Positions 43,704 to 54,764 of a DNA stretch of 64,000 nt are shown piece after piece. The stretch is from a bacterium (GTDB taxonomy: Bacteria > SAR324 > NAC60-12): positions 576,001-640,000 of the forward strand of contig CBDBHR010000029.1 in NCBI GenBank assembly GCA_965205865.1, written 5' to 3'. A program made the position numbers and the translations under genes. Every line of letters begins with the position of its first letter. Positions within the stretch are counted from its first letter, which is position 1. Below the pieces are notes generated by a model. That model was not told where the DNA came from. It did no database searches and worked only from the letters and a program-made list of their open reading frames with translations.

Positions 43704-44723
43704 GTGAGTACCTATATCATCAGGCGGTTGTTGCTCATAATCCCCACGCTGTTCATACTGACCATCATAGTCTTTGCTACGGTCCGCTTTATCCCCGGCG
43801 ATACAATAGACGCAATGGTGGCTCAGATGGAAGCTGAGGGCAATCCGGGTTCCGTGAGTGCCAGAGACCGCGAAACTCTTGAGCGTATTATGGGACTGGA
43901 CGTGCCTGTCTACGTGCAGTATGGACGCTGGATCGGAGTGTTGTCGACCCCTGACTGGCGGCTTACCGGTGAGTCCCACTTTAGAGGTCTCCTCCAGGGC
44001 ACCTTTGGCCACTCACTGTATGGCGGAGGCACTACGGTAGAGGAGAGCATAATCGGGAGATTGCCAGTCACCATTGAGCTTGGTGTTCTGGCAATTGTAA
44101 TTGGTCTCGTCATCGCCCTGCCCGTCGGCGTCTACTCGGCGATCCGCCAGGATACCACCGCCGACTACGTCGGGCGAACCGTCGCCGTCATCGGCTTGGC
44201 AACGCCGAACTTCTGGCTGGCAACTATGGTCCTGCTCTACCCGGCACTCTGGTGGGGCTGGTCGCCACCGGTAGAGCTGATCCCCTTCAAGGAAGACCCG
44301 CTGGGAAATCTCGGGATGTTCATCATTCCGGCCGTGATTCTGGGGACGGCCCTTGCTGCCAGCACCATGAGGATGACGCGCACCATGATGCTGGAGGTGC
44401 TCAGGCAAGACTATATCAGGACGGCTTGGTCGAAGGGGCTCAGGGAGCGGATAGTTATAATAAGACACGCCATCAAGAATGCCCTCATCCCGGTAGTGAC
44501 GCTCGTCGGCCTGCAGCTCCCCATCCTGATCGGGGGCTCCGTTATCTTGGAGCAAATATTCGCTCTGCCGGGGATAGGCCGTCTGTTTGTGGTTGCGCTC
44601 GATGCAAGAGACTACCCGATCGTCTCCGCAATAAACCTGATTTTTGCTACCGCGGTTTTGGGGATCAATCTCATGATCGACCTGATTTACTCTTACTTGG
44701 ACCCCAGGATTCGGTATGAATGA
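43704..44723 (+). CDS. Peptide ABC permease (OppB/DppB family)
   Basis: YIIRRLL and RTMMLEVLRQDYIRTAWSKGL motifs. Confidence 0.92.
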   Translation: MSTYIIRRLLLIIPTLFILTIIVFATVRFIPGDTIDAMVAQMEAEGNPGSVSARDRETLERIMGLDVPVYVQYGRWIGVLSTPDWRLTGESHFRGLLQGTFGHSLYGGGTTVEESIIGRLPVTIELGVLAIVIGLVIALPVGVYSAIRQDTTADYVGRTVAVIGLATPNFWLATMVLLYPALWWGWSPPVELIPFKEDPLGNLGMFIIPAVILGTALAASTMRMTRTMMLEVLRQDYIRTAWSKGLRERIVIIRHAIKNALIPVVTLVGLQLPILIGGSVILEQIFALPGIGRLFVVALDARDYPIVSAINLIFATAVLGINLMIDLIYSYLDPRIRYE

Positions 44724-45672
44724 GACACCATCCCCTATCCGTGAGCCCAAACGACGGGGCCGGTTTGCTGATTTTTGGATCAGGCTTTTCAAGGAGAAGC
44801 CTCTTGGCACTGCCTGCGGGGTGATCATCTTGCTCTTGATTTTGGTGGCGATCTTTGCCGATGCGCTGGCGCCCTATTCCTTTAGGGAAATGCACCTGAT
44901 GGACAGGCTTACAGGCCCATCATCCCAATATCTGCTGGGGACCGACCAGATGGGACGAGACTTGTTCAGCCGCCTGATCTTCGGGGCGCATCTCTCCGTC
45001 TTTGTCGGTCTGGCCGCCACCATGCTCAATGTCGTCATCGCTGTCCTCATCGGTGGCATTTCAGGATTCATCGGGGGTAAACTGGATCTGGCGGTGCAGC
45101 GCTTTGTTGATGCCTGGATGGCTTTTCCGGGACTGTTGCTCTTGCTGACCGTCATGTCCATTGTGGGAAGGGATCTCTTCCAGATCATCGTGGTGCTGGG
45201 GATCGCCGGAGGCATCAGCGGCTCGAGAGTCATCAGAAGCGCCGTGATCGCTATCAAAGAGAATGACTATTTTCTGGCAGCCCAGGCCGTGGGCACCCCC
45301 ACGAGCAGAATCCTGAACCACCATGTGCTGCCCAATATTATGGCACCCGTCATCATTGTCTTCTCCATTAACATCGGGGGGGTGATTATGTCTTTGGCTG
45401 CTCTGGGCTTCCTCGGCTACGGTCTGCCACCCACCATTCCTGACTGGGGCGGCATGCTCAGCCGGGAAGGGCGCCGGTACATGGAACAGGCCCCCTGGCT
45501 GGCGCTCTGGCCGGGGCTGTGCCTGACGATTGTCGTCTACTCTTTCAACATGTTCGGCGATGCGGTGCGGGACCTGCTCGATCCCCGACTGCGGGGCGGG
45601 CAGGGCAGCTACGGCGCCGCAAAGAAACGCAAACGAGGCCTCCTCGCCAGATTGATCAACCCCTTCTCTTAG
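44716..45672 (+). CDS. Peptide ABC permease (OppC/DppC family)
   Basis: LGTDQMGRD, HVLPN and GDAVRDLLDPR motifs. Confidence 0.92.
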   Translation: MNETPSPIREPKRRGRFADFWIRLFKEKPLGTACGVIILLLILVAIFADALAPYSFREMHLMDRLTGPSSQYLLGTDQMGRDLFSRLIFGAHLSVFVGLAATMLNVVIAVLIGGISGFIGGKLDLAVQRFVDAWMAFPGLLLLLTVMSIVGRDLFQIIVVLGIAGGISGSRVIRSAVIAIKENDYFLAAQAVGTPTSRILNHHVLPNIMAPVIIVFSINIGGVIMSLAALGFLGYGLPPTIPDWGGMLSREGRRYMEQAPWLALWPGLCLTIVVYSFNMFGDAVRDLLDPRLRGGQGSYGAAKKRKRGLLARLINPFS

Positions 45673-45801
45673 CAGAGACGGTCTCATAGGAGCACAGAAT
45701 GAATTTTGGTATTGACAATGTAGGGGGCAAGTATATTTTACGCGGATCATCGCTCCAATTCCGGAGCGACTGAGTCCGATTAGAATGGTGAAAGGAGGGC
45801 G

Positions 45802-46716
45802 ATGATGAATCTGGAAGACTGGGATCTTACGAATATCAGTGACCTGACGCCGTTTTACAATCGGCAGATCGAACCCCTGCCGTATTGTTACCCGGTTTCG
45901 GTCGAGGAGTTTGACTGGGGGGTCCGGCACGATCGGTATAAGAACGAACTCTATCACCTGGACAGGCTTCACTCCCATCAGGTGATTGTGTCGAAACAGG
46001 GTGGTGAAGTGGTTGGATTTGTGCATATCAGTATCGAAAATGATGAGGATACAGGAAAGCAAAATGGCGTGATTCGTTTTTTGAGTTATGTGCCGGGCAA
46101 TCGGGAGGTCGGGCAGACGCTTTTAGACGAAGCGGAGTCTCGCTTCAGGGCAGCAGAGATCGGTCGGATTTATGCGTTTTTAACGCCGTATGTTTATCGC
46201 TTTTACTTTTTGGGCTATGGGGTTACAGAGCAGCAAGGGCATGTGACGGGTTTGCTCGGGATGAATGGCTATGAGATTGATCGGGGCGAGATTTTAATGG
46301 TCTGGCCCCATTTTGAGGTGACGGAGCCTGTCTTGAAAGATAGCAGTGTGGAGATTCAGGTTCAACCGTTCGACGGATATGGAATGTTGCCAGGGTTGGA
46401 GGTCTATGCGTTCCGCAACGGGGAACGCTTTGCGCAGTGTCAGAATTTTTCTGTAGGACATCGAATGCGGGCAGCCGAAGCCCAGGATCAGACCTTTATG
46501 CGATGGCTTGGGGTCAACGATTCGGTCCAGGGACAGGGGTGGGGACGGTATTTGCTCCAGCGGGCACTCTGGGAGGAACAGAAACTGGGATACAAACACG
46601 CGTTGATCAGTGCATCGACTCGAAACCACGAGGCACTGTTGTTTTATACCAATTACGGGTATCGAGTGACGGATACGTGGTATGAATATGTGAAAGGGGG
46701 GGAAGATGATTCATAG
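45802..46716 (+). CDS. Tandem GNAT acetyltransferase
   Basis: VQGQGWGRYLL and NHEALLFYTNYGY motifs, with an AGGAGG RBS. Confidence 0.8.
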   Translation: MMNLEDWDLTNISDLTPFYNRQIEPLPYCYPVSVEEFDWGVRHDRYKNELYHLDRLHSHQVIVSKQGGEVVGFVHISIENDEDTGKQNGVIRFLSYVPGNREVGQTLLDEAESRFRAAEIGRIYAFLTPYVYRFYFLGYGVTEQQGHVTGLLGMNGYEIDRGEILMVWPHFEVTEPVLKDSSVEIQVQPFDGYGMLPGLEVYAFRNGERFAQCQNFSVGHRMRAAEAQDQTFMRWLGVNDSVQGQGWGRYLLQRALWEEQKLGYKHALISASTRNHEALLFYTNYGYRVTDTWYEYVKGGEDDS

Positions 46717-46844
46717 ATCGGCAGGCGGGTTCAAATTTCGTGTTCCGATCAGCGGGTTCCGGCCATGTGTTAATCGTCGCAAGGTCATTCGTTTTTTGCT
46801 ACTAAACTGGATTACCGAGAGAACATGACCTAACGAGGTGAGTC

Positions 46845-47282
46845 ATGTTTAAAAAACTTGATCATATAGGCGTCGGAACCGCTGATTTCGAGAGATTCAT
46901 CAAATTCTATACAGAAATCCTGGGCTTCAAAGTTCGAGAGAGATGGAAAGTCGAACCGGGCACGGGCTCGGCGCAGGTGGATGAGCTTGCCAATCTCGTC
47001 CTCGAAGATGGCGCCGTGATAGAACTGTTTGGGTTCAACGCAGACGGACCCGATCCCGATTACAACAGGCCACCATTCGAAATGAGCTTTCGATTAATGG
47101 CCATCGAGGTGGAGGATATGCAAGAGGCTGAGGAATATCTCACCAGCAAGGGAATAGAAGTCCACCAAGCCCACAAGCTTAATCCAGCCAGATGGATCAG
47201 GGACCCAGACGGCAATATGCTCGTCCTGTTTCCCTCGTTTGTGTATGAAAATTACAAGAAATTGAACGAAGAATCGAAGTAG
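46845..47282 (+). CDS. VOC/glyoxalase-family protein
   Basis: LDHIGV, FYTEILGF and IRDPDGN motifs. Confidence 0.88.
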   Translation: MFKKLDHIGVGTADFERFIKFYTEILGFKVRERWKVEPGTGSAQVDELANLVLEDGAVIELFGFNADGPDPDYNRPPFEMSFRLMAIEVEDMQEAEEYLTSKGIEVHQAHKLNPARWIRDPDGNMLVLFPSFVYENYKKLNEESK

Positions 47283-47330
47283 AGTTCGACCCGTCGCTCA
47301 TTGGCCGAGGGGTCATAGCCGCTCATTCTA

Positions 47331-47725
47331 ATCTATCTCAATTCCTGTTCAACGAGCCCAGACCAATAGCTCACGCCAAGAGGCAGGATCTCCTCGTTGA
47401 AATCGTAGTTTGGATTGTGCGCATGGCAGCCGCCTGGACCACCTTCAACCCCGTTTCCGATAAAAATATAACAACCTGGAAGCTGGTTCAGCATCCAGAA
47501 AAATCTTCGGCTCCCTTCGAGGGCGGTTCATCACGAAGAATGTTTTCAGCACCAACGATTGCCGCTGCCGCAGCGGCCGCTTTTTCTGTTTCAATCTCTG
47601 TATTGATCGTCGGCAGATAACGCCGATCGTAGCTAAATTCGATTGCTACCCCATAGGCGACCCCAACGCCTTCAGCGATTTGCCGTAATTTACGCTCAAT
47701 CATGTCCTGAGTCTTGGGATTCAGG
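47331..47725 (-). pseudogene. C-terminal fragment of an M20 amidohydrolase (frameshifted)
   Basis: GAEDF followed, in another frame, by GCYIFIGNG..HNPNYDFNEEILPLG. Confidence 0.75.
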
Positions 47726-47964
47726 ATGAGCATGGATGTCTCTGCGGATGCGGGTGAGTTCGTCGTGTGATGCTGCAATGCGGTTGTCAATAATCATGTA
47801 TGTCTCCTTTTTTGATTTAAGTCCCTATGGTACGTCTTTAGTTTCCTGGCTTATGAAATTATTTGCACAAATTGTTGTTCTCTTTCCAAAAAAACAAAGT
47901 CGATGTAACCCAGCGGTGACTCGCCAGTCAGGAGTTCTACTATATAACACTGATTAACTCGGAT

Positions 47965-48063
47965 GAAAAGGTGTCAGGCCTTTGATTATTTGATTAGAAA
48001 GTGATTAGGAATGAGTCCAGTTTTTTTGCCCCCTTTTCATTTAATCAAAGGCCTGACCCTTTC
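47965..48063. repeat. REPIN-like element: inverted pair of GG(T/G)GTCAGGCCTTTGATTA motifs
   Basis: aaaggtgtcaggcctttgatta ... taatcaaaggcctgaccctttc. Confidence 0.8.
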
Positions 48064-48110
48064 GGATTTTTTTTTCTATACTGATACGCATCCCGGAGTG
48101 GGATCCTCAG

Positions 48111-48566
48111 ATGCAGATTAAAGTTAATGGAGAGGTTCCCTCTTGTGAATCTAAGCAGGGCTATGCCTGCATTAACAGTGAATGGCGAGATGGGGACAAG
48201 ATCGAGCTCAGCTTCAATTTTTCCCCAAGATTGGTGCGCTCCCAAGCCAAAGTCCGTTGCAACATTCGCCGGACTACTATCTTCCGTGGCCCCCTGTTGT
48301 ATTGCCTGGAAGCCATTGACAATCAGCCAGATCTCAATCAGATCATCCTGCCCACTCAACCTGCCTTTGAATGGCTTACCGACGAAACTTTGCTACCGGG
48401 CTGTCAGGCATTACGGGTTGGCGTAGAGCGCCTCCAAAGTGATTCAGAACAGCTCTACGGAGAGTCAAAGCCCGAACGTCAGTCAGTGAAGGCCACATTC
48501 ATTCCCTACTTCCTTTGGGCCAATCGAGGAGAAAATGAGATGCTGGTTTGGATCAACGAAAATTAA
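48111..48566 (+). pseudogene. C-terminal fragment of a GH127 glycoside hydrolase
   Basis: WRDGDKIEL, RGPLLYCLE and IPYFLWANRG motifs. The catalytic N-terminal domain is absent. Confidence 0.8.
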
Positions 48567-48589
48567 AAAAGATAATGATCATTATCTTA

Positions 48590-49477
48590 GAACCTGTTTG
48601 AAAGTCATTTAATTCTCTTTAACATCAAGCAAATCATAGCGACATAGATCATGTTTTCAGAGTTTTTTGTTTTTCTTTCATAATCGATGTTGAGTCTTCG
48701 ATACCATCCAAACCAGGAAAAGGTTCTTTCGACGATCCACCTTTTCGGTAGGACCTGAAAGCCCGTTCCTTGGAGGTTTAGAGTGATCTCAAGTTCACAT
48801 TGAAATCGATTCCATAACCATTGGGCTAATTCCCCTCGATAACCTCCGTCGGCCCAAATCATCTGAATCGAAAAGAACCAGCTAAACATCGATTCCAAAA
48901 GATCGTAAGCACTTTTGGAATCGGAGGCATTGGCATCAGTGACTTTAACCATGAGAGGAATTCCCGAGATATCGACAGCTACATGCCTTTTATGCCCTTT
49001 GATTCGTTTATTTCCATCAAAACCTCGACTATCAGCCAGTTCCGTGGTTTTGACGGATTGACTATCAATCATTGCAGCACTGGGTTCGGGAGCTCTGCCC
49101 ATTTCTATTCGGGTTTGCCGATGGAGAAACTGGTGAATCAGGAACCAAGTGTAGTTCTTGCACCATTTATTGTAGTGGTAATAAACACTTTGCCAAGGAG
49201 GAAAATCTTTGGGAAGCATTCTCCATTGACAACCCGTGGTCACTACATACAAAATGGCGTTTATGATAACTCGTAGTTCCCATTTACGAAGGTGGGCTCC
49301 ACGAGTTGAAAGTTCGGGAAGGTACTCTTGAAGTCTTTCCCATTGTTTATCACTGACATCACTGTTATAACCTGAACGTTCCATGTTCACTCCTTGTTAT
49401 TAAGGTTTCATTTTTCTCAAAATGAATGTGACATGGAACACTTCCAATAGGAAGCTCAACTTATTTCAAACAGGTTC
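48590..49477 (-). mobile_element. IS5-family (IS1031-like) element, transposase 48605-49390
   Basis: TIR gaacctgtttgaaa with TSD tta. IDSQSVK, WADGGY and KRWIVERTFSW motifs. Confidence 0.93.
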
Positions 49478-49648
49478 TTAGTGACATTCGTAACTGTCCC
49501 CGGATTTTCAGAAAAAGAAATTGGCAATTTTTTAAAAATGGGATAAGGCTTACCCTCTGTAGGGCTGTCGTTAAAAACATCTGACCCGATTAAATCTACG
49601 ACAATTTTTTATTCACCAGAGAGAAGTTCAAAGTGAGAAATCAAACAC

Positions 49649-50638
49649 ATGCCCGATCCCTCTCAAGATAAACTGCACAAGCAACATGATAAATTATTCA
49701 AAACAGTTTTTTCTGATCCAAAGGAGGCGTCCAGTTTTTTTAAGAGTTATTTGCCTACATCTTTAGTGGATCAAATCGACTGGACCTCTCTCCACCTAAC
49801 CGATAAGGAATATGTGGATGAAGCCTTTCAGGCAACTGAGTCGGACTTGCTGTATCAAGCACAACGGCAGGGTAGCAACCAGAGGATCATGATCTACTTG
49901 CTCTTTGAGCATCAGTCTGAACCCAGTAAATGGATTCGATTCCGATTGCTGAAATATTGCTGTCGGATTTGGGATGATTCGTTCAAGGTTTTTGCTGAGC
50001 AACAAAAGCTCAAGCCCATCTTTCCCATTGTGTTTTATCAAGGGGAGCGGACTTGGAATTTTTCCACAGAATTCCAGGAACTTATTGAGACCGAGGGCTT
50101 GGATCGGGAGTATCTTCCCCGATTTAGCCATTTTTTGGTCGATCAATCCGGATTTGGACTCGAATCGTTCCAAGGGGAAGTCAAAGCAAGAATTGCGCAA
50201 CTCTTGCTATCTCAAGCGTTTCATGGTCAAATACAAAAAGGATTAGAAATGCTGATCCGTCTGTTGGAAGAAGTGGAGAAAACCGGAGGAATTGATTATA
50301 TTCAAGTCTTTCTGCGTTATTTTTGGCACATTCAAGAGGAGGTGTCCCCTGAAACATTAGCGCAAGCTATTGAAGAATACTCGGACTCTCAACATTTAGG
50401 AGAACAAACGATGTCGATTGCAGAACAGTTGATTGCTCAAGGCGAAAAAAAAGGAATTCAGGAAGGAATCCAAACAGGAATTCAAAAAGGGTTGGATCAA
50501 GGCGAGTTGGTGGGTGAAATTCGATTCGCCCAAAAAATGTTAAAACAACCCCAATCTCCCAAAGAAGAACTCTTTCAAAAAACAGAGGAAGCGTTAAAAA
50601 ACCTGCTTGAACAATTAGAAAAACAGCTGCCCGAATAA
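49649..50638 (+). CDS. Rpn/YhgA-family PD-(D/E)XK nuclease
   Basis: HDKLFK, SDLLY, LFEHQS and PIVFYQG motifs, with C-terminal MSIAEQL..EG repeats. Confidence 0.9.
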   Translation: MPDPSQDKLHKQHDKLFKTVFSDPKEASSFFKSYLPTSLVDQIDWTSLHLTDKEYVDEAFQATESDLLYQAQRQGSNQRIMIYLLFEHQSEPSKWIRFRLLKYCCRIWDDSFKVFAEQQKLKPIFPIVFYQGERTWNFSTEFQELIETEGLDREYLPRFSHFLVDQSGFGLESFQGEVKARIAQLLLSQAFHGQIQKGLEMLIRLLEEVEKTGGIDYIQVFLRYFWHIQEEVSPETLAQAIEEYSDSQHLGEQTMSIAEQLIAQGEKKGIQEGIQTGIQKGLDQGELVGEIRFAQKMLKQPQSPKEELFQKTEEALKNLLEQLEKQLPE

Positions 50639-51015
50639 GGAATCAAGCCTTTTATTAGACCACCACATTAAGCAGTGGGCAGACCGTTTTGACCCCATTT
50701 CATGCTTTGCGTGGGAACGAGAAAAATTTCACGCTCCTCTCAAATTAGCCCCATTGCCCTGCCTTTTTTGCTAGTTTTCTTCTGGAAAAAATCATACCAT
50801 GTCCCAAACTTCGGAACCTTCTAGAATCACCCTGAAGGACAATTTTCTTCACACTTCCTACTTTGTTAAAAAATAACGACGTTCTTCCTGGTTTCAAAAA
50901 GTGGCTTGAGCCATATCTGTTTGAAAACAGTGAATGGTTTTAGTGCGAAAATCGGAAGGGTGAAATCGAGGGAAATGGTCTGCAAATAAAACGATGCAAG
51001 GTGCCGTTTAAAATA

Positions 51016-52615
51016 GTCATCGTAAAGAACTGACTTATAGTGGTTTCCAGCCACCTTTCGTCATTCCTCCGGTACAGATCCGGACGTGCGCTGCTAACGC
51101 ATCCGGCTCCTGCTTCGAGTCAGACGCTCAAACGTTGCCGTTTGGCGCACCCTGCTTAAACCGCTCTCTGATTTTACCGGCCTCTGAGTTCCGAACACAG
51201 GAGGGCAAGCAGAATTCCTCTCAGCCAAGTCCCTTTGCTCCACAGGCTCCGTTGATTTCCTTTGCATTATTACTCTCTACAAATGATCTCATTGTTCGCC
51301 GCTTCATGCCGGGTAGAAATACGGCGCGCGCATGTTTAGGTCAACGACTTCCAATGTATCCCCCGTTTCCGGTTTCGTGGCAAAAGGGCGTCAGACCCTG
51401 CATCACGTTTCCGCAAGCCCCCCTCTCATCCCGGACGGTCGGATTTCCCGAGTCCGGTTGGCAGCAACAGCGTTTCCCCAGAAACCCTTCCCACCCAATC
51501 CGAAGCTTAAGCACTCGCCTGCATTCACCCCTGGAGTGAGTGATTTGATCTCCAGCTCGACATTCTTTGTGGTGACACTCTTGACCGACACAAGTTCGGC
51601 AGTGGTTCATGAAATGCCCGCCATTTACCGAGAGCCCCTTTGCCTTTTAGAGGTGTTACCTCCAAAAGGGAGATGTCCAAGCATCCCCTCGACCAGCGTT
51701 ACCCGGTCTTCATCGCTCATACGGACTCATGCGCCAGACCAAAATCCTCCTGCCGATTTCGGTGTTACCCTATACGGTAGGTCCTTGCAGGTTATTGCGA
51801 GTCCCTGCTGGAAGTTGGCCCTTCCCGACGTTATCTCTGTGGATCTTTCCCTGGATGCTTGGATCCATACTCCGGCTCCCTCCAAGGTGCCTGTTCCCAT
51901 TACTTCCCTTGGAACTTCGGCCTTCCCCGAGTAGCGAGCGGGTCGGCGGTTGGGCAACACACCGTCAAGCCAATTCACGACGGAAGTCTCTTTCGGAGCT
52001 GCAATCATTCACTAATGTTCAGGCCTCCAGGTTTGCTCGCCACCCTGTTGGCTCCCACTATGGACTCTCGTCCAAAGCAGACGGTGACTTTTACTTCCGG
52101 GCAGAACGCAAAGCAGTTACCTGCTAAGCGCACCGGATATGCTAGTCGCCCGAATGGGAAACTGACGACAGAGAGACTTTCACTCTCCAAAATCCACAGC
52201 CTTGTCGGCTGCTCACGCTACTACGAACTTGTCCGACTTCCTGAAGACGTAGATATCGGGGTTATTTATTAATTTTCCCGATCCGACTACCAATAGAATG
52301 TTGACAGTCGTCTTCAGGATCTCCCAGGTTCCGGTCAAGAAACTTCCACACATGCACCGGGTCTTTGACTCCGCCAGGCTCAGCCGAGACTCACGCTAAC
52401 GCCTTCGGTTGATATTGCCTTCCCCACCAAACCACAAGGTCAGCGCCTGAAACTATGATTTCGGAGCTCAATACCGAGCCTATGTTCTCCCCTGTCAACG
52501 CTTAGCGCCTATCCTTGCGAATAACCACTCATGACTCGGGGACTCGGCGGGTCGTTACTGCCTTACCGAGTAAGAGACTTTCACTCTCTATTTCTTGCCA
52601 GCTTTCCTGGCGCAC
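51016..52615 (-). mobile_element. RT-deleted copy of the 55162-57118 group II intron, hosting a second intron
   Basis: Near-identical 5' (GTGCGCCAGG) and 3' (DV/DVI ...TGAC) RNA domains. About 1265 bp of the RT ORF is missing at ~51137. Confidence 0.92.
51308..52216 (-). mobile_element. Nested ORF-less group II intron (twintron inner element)
   Basis: 5' GTGAGCAGCCGACAAG, DV-like AACCGGACTCGGGAAATCCGACCGTCCGGGATGAGAGGGGGG and 3' ...CTACCCGGC. Interrupts the host at GTAGTAGC^ATGAAG. Confidence 0.85.
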
Positions 52616-52721
52616 GGCCTGACCCCCTTTTTTATCAGTGGCCTGATTGCACACTCGTTTATTCCGACACAAAAATTCGGCGGCCATTTCGGATAAAATG
52701 TTGTTGAACTGAGCCGAGGTG

Positions 52722-52997
52722 TTACAGAAAAATGAGTGTTTGCTCACTATAGTCTCTGAGAGCGCGCAATCGTCTTTCCCCGGCAATCAGCTCATAACGT
52801 CCCTGATGCCAACGGACCACAATCGACTCGATTAACCCGTCTTGTTCAATATTGGCTGCTAATTCTTTAAGCGTTTGTTCGTCAAAATATTCACGATACT
52901 GGAAAGGAGAGGGCGCAATCTCATCAACCGGCAAGTATTCTATTCGCTCAACTCCTCCCTGCTTCCGGACTGTCATACGAATTACTTTCTTTTCCAT
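52722..52997 (-). pseudogene. ParB N-terminal domain fragment
   Basis: LKELAANIEQDGLIE..YELIAGERRLRA. Truncated near the REP motif. Confidence 0.7.
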
Positions 52998-53197
52998 ACT
53001 CCTCCTTCCCCTTTCTCGATTCTGTCATTCCGCACAATTCCGCGGATTTACCGCCCTTTCAGGACCATTTCGCTCAGAGGAGGAAGGAAGAATCGATACT
53101 TTTTAGAGCTCGACGTCTTTTTGTTTTCTGGGAATGGTTCTTAACTCAATCCTGATCTGTACCGCAACTCTTTCAATGGAAGGATTCTTTTTTGTGT

Positions 53198-53323
53198 TGC
53201 GAACGCAGTGGTAACAAGCGCCCACTCAACAGGGATGAGTGAAAGAAATGATGTTGAATTACTTATCGAAAAAACCTTGGCGATAGCGTGGGGTTGGCGT
53301 CTTTGTTCAGCGCCTTGTTCGAC
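53198..53323 (-). other. attC-like site (126 bp) downstream of the TA module
   Basis: The minus strand reads GTCGAACAAGGCGCTGAACAAAGACGCC...GGGCGCTTGTTACCACTGCGTTCGCA. It abuts the toxin stop once IS5 is removed. Confidence 0.6.
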
Positions 53324-53326
53324 TTA

Positions 53327-54252
53327 GAACTTATCCTTTAATAACTTGAAAATTGGTATTTCCTGCATTATTTTTGTCATCATGTTCAACCATAAACGCA
53401 TGGAGGCTATATGGCAAAAGTACAGTCGTGGGAAGTATCTGATTCATTTTGGGCCAGAGTGGAGCCACTGATACCAAAACCCAAACGTGACCCGAACAAG
53501 ACCTACAAGCGCAAACCCGGTGGTGGTAGAAAGCCAATGCCTGCGCGCCAAATTTTCGAGGGAATTGTATATGTTTTGCGCACCGGTTGTCAATGGAGAG
53601 CCCTTCCCAAGGAAAAATATGGGAGTCCTAGTGCCATCCATGCTCATTTCATGCGTTGGAATGAAGCGGGTTTCTTTTTGTCGCTTTGGCAAGCCGGACT
53701 TGCCGAATATGATGAGATGGAAGGGATCTCCTGGAAATGGCAAAGCATAGACGGCACGACTGTCAAAGCCCCACTGGCTCAGGAAACCGTTGGTCGAAAC
53801 CCGACTGACAGGGGAAAAAAAAGGGAGCAAGCGTCATTTGCTGGTTGACGGCCGTGGTGTCCCGCTGTCCCTCGTCGTAACCGGGGCGAACCGGCATGAT
53901 GTGACACAGTTGGAATTGGTCTTGGAGGAAATCGTCATTGCGCGGCCTGAGGGCATTGAACAACATCTGTGCGCAGACAAAGGCTACCACGGTGAGCCAG
54001 CATCACAGATCATTCGATCCAATGATTATGTGCCACATGTGAAAAAACGGGGTGAAGAGATTCAAGAAAAAAAAGCAAATCCCCAATACAGACCCAGAAG
54101 ATGGGTCGTCGAGGTGAGCCATTCATGGTTCAACAGATTTCGCAAGATAATGGTCCGATTCGAAAAATATAATCAAACTTATCTCGCACTGCTTCAATTG
54201 GCTGCAGCTATCATAACTTACAGGAAAGTTAATGTTATTTAAGGATAAGTTC
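53327..54252 (+). mobile_element. IS5-family (IS427-like) element with split orfA (53411-53848)/orfB (to 54242)
   Basis: TIR gaacttatcctt with TSD tta. An A8 slippery run lies in the ORF overlap. IDGT, ADKGY and RWVVE motifs. Confidence 0.92.
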
Positions 54253-54543
54253 TTATATTCTGTGTTTCCAGTATTCCGGATCTCGATGCAGATGCATCAC
54301 AGCTACAATGAAAATTTCTTTGTCTTCTTCCGCATATAGGATTTCGTATGGAAACCTTCTGATCAGAGATCTTCTGATTTCACCTACTATCATTGGCCAC
54401 GCCTTGGGGTGTGTCAGAGTTCTTTCAATCGTTATTTAGACCTCTACCGCGAAGTCATATCCCAAGCCTGCTTCCTTCTCTTCATAGTATTCAATAGCCT
54501 GATCAAATTCTGATTCAGCTTCCGGATGAAACAAATATTTCAT
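54253..54543 (-). pseudogene. RelE/ParE-family toxin with an in-frame TAA at codon 36
   Basis: MKYLFHPEAESEFDQAIEYY...AVEV*ITIER...RFPYEILY..AVMHLHRDPEYW. Confidence 0.85.
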
Positions 54544-54764
54544 AAGGAAAATCTCTTCCAAATTTTTTTAAATACTTCATCTCCTGGAATAGCCGCCACC
54601 TCACCCGACCTCAACTCTTTCAGTCTCCGCTTTGCAACGGCTGCCCATTTTTGATCAATATCTGATTCAGGGGGGTTAAGGCTTTTCAGTAGCGAATCAA
54701 CCACGATCACCCTCTCTTCAACTGGAAGAGAAATCGCCTCCGCTATTAGGTCTTTGGTCTTCAT
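54540..54764 (-). CDS. Addiction module antitoxin (TIGR02574-type)
   Basis: LPVEER..VDSLLKSL..W...AKRR..ELRSGEV. Overlaps the toxin start. Confidence 0.85.
   Translation of the reverse strand: MKTKDLIAEAISLPVEERVIVVDSLLKSLNPPESDIDQKWAAVAKRRLKELRSGEVAAIPGDEVFKKIWKRFSL

Noticed and set aside
44013-46062. Long minus-strand ORFs (271 and 333 aa)
   Set aside because: They are shadows of the GC-rich oppB/oppC/GNAT genes.
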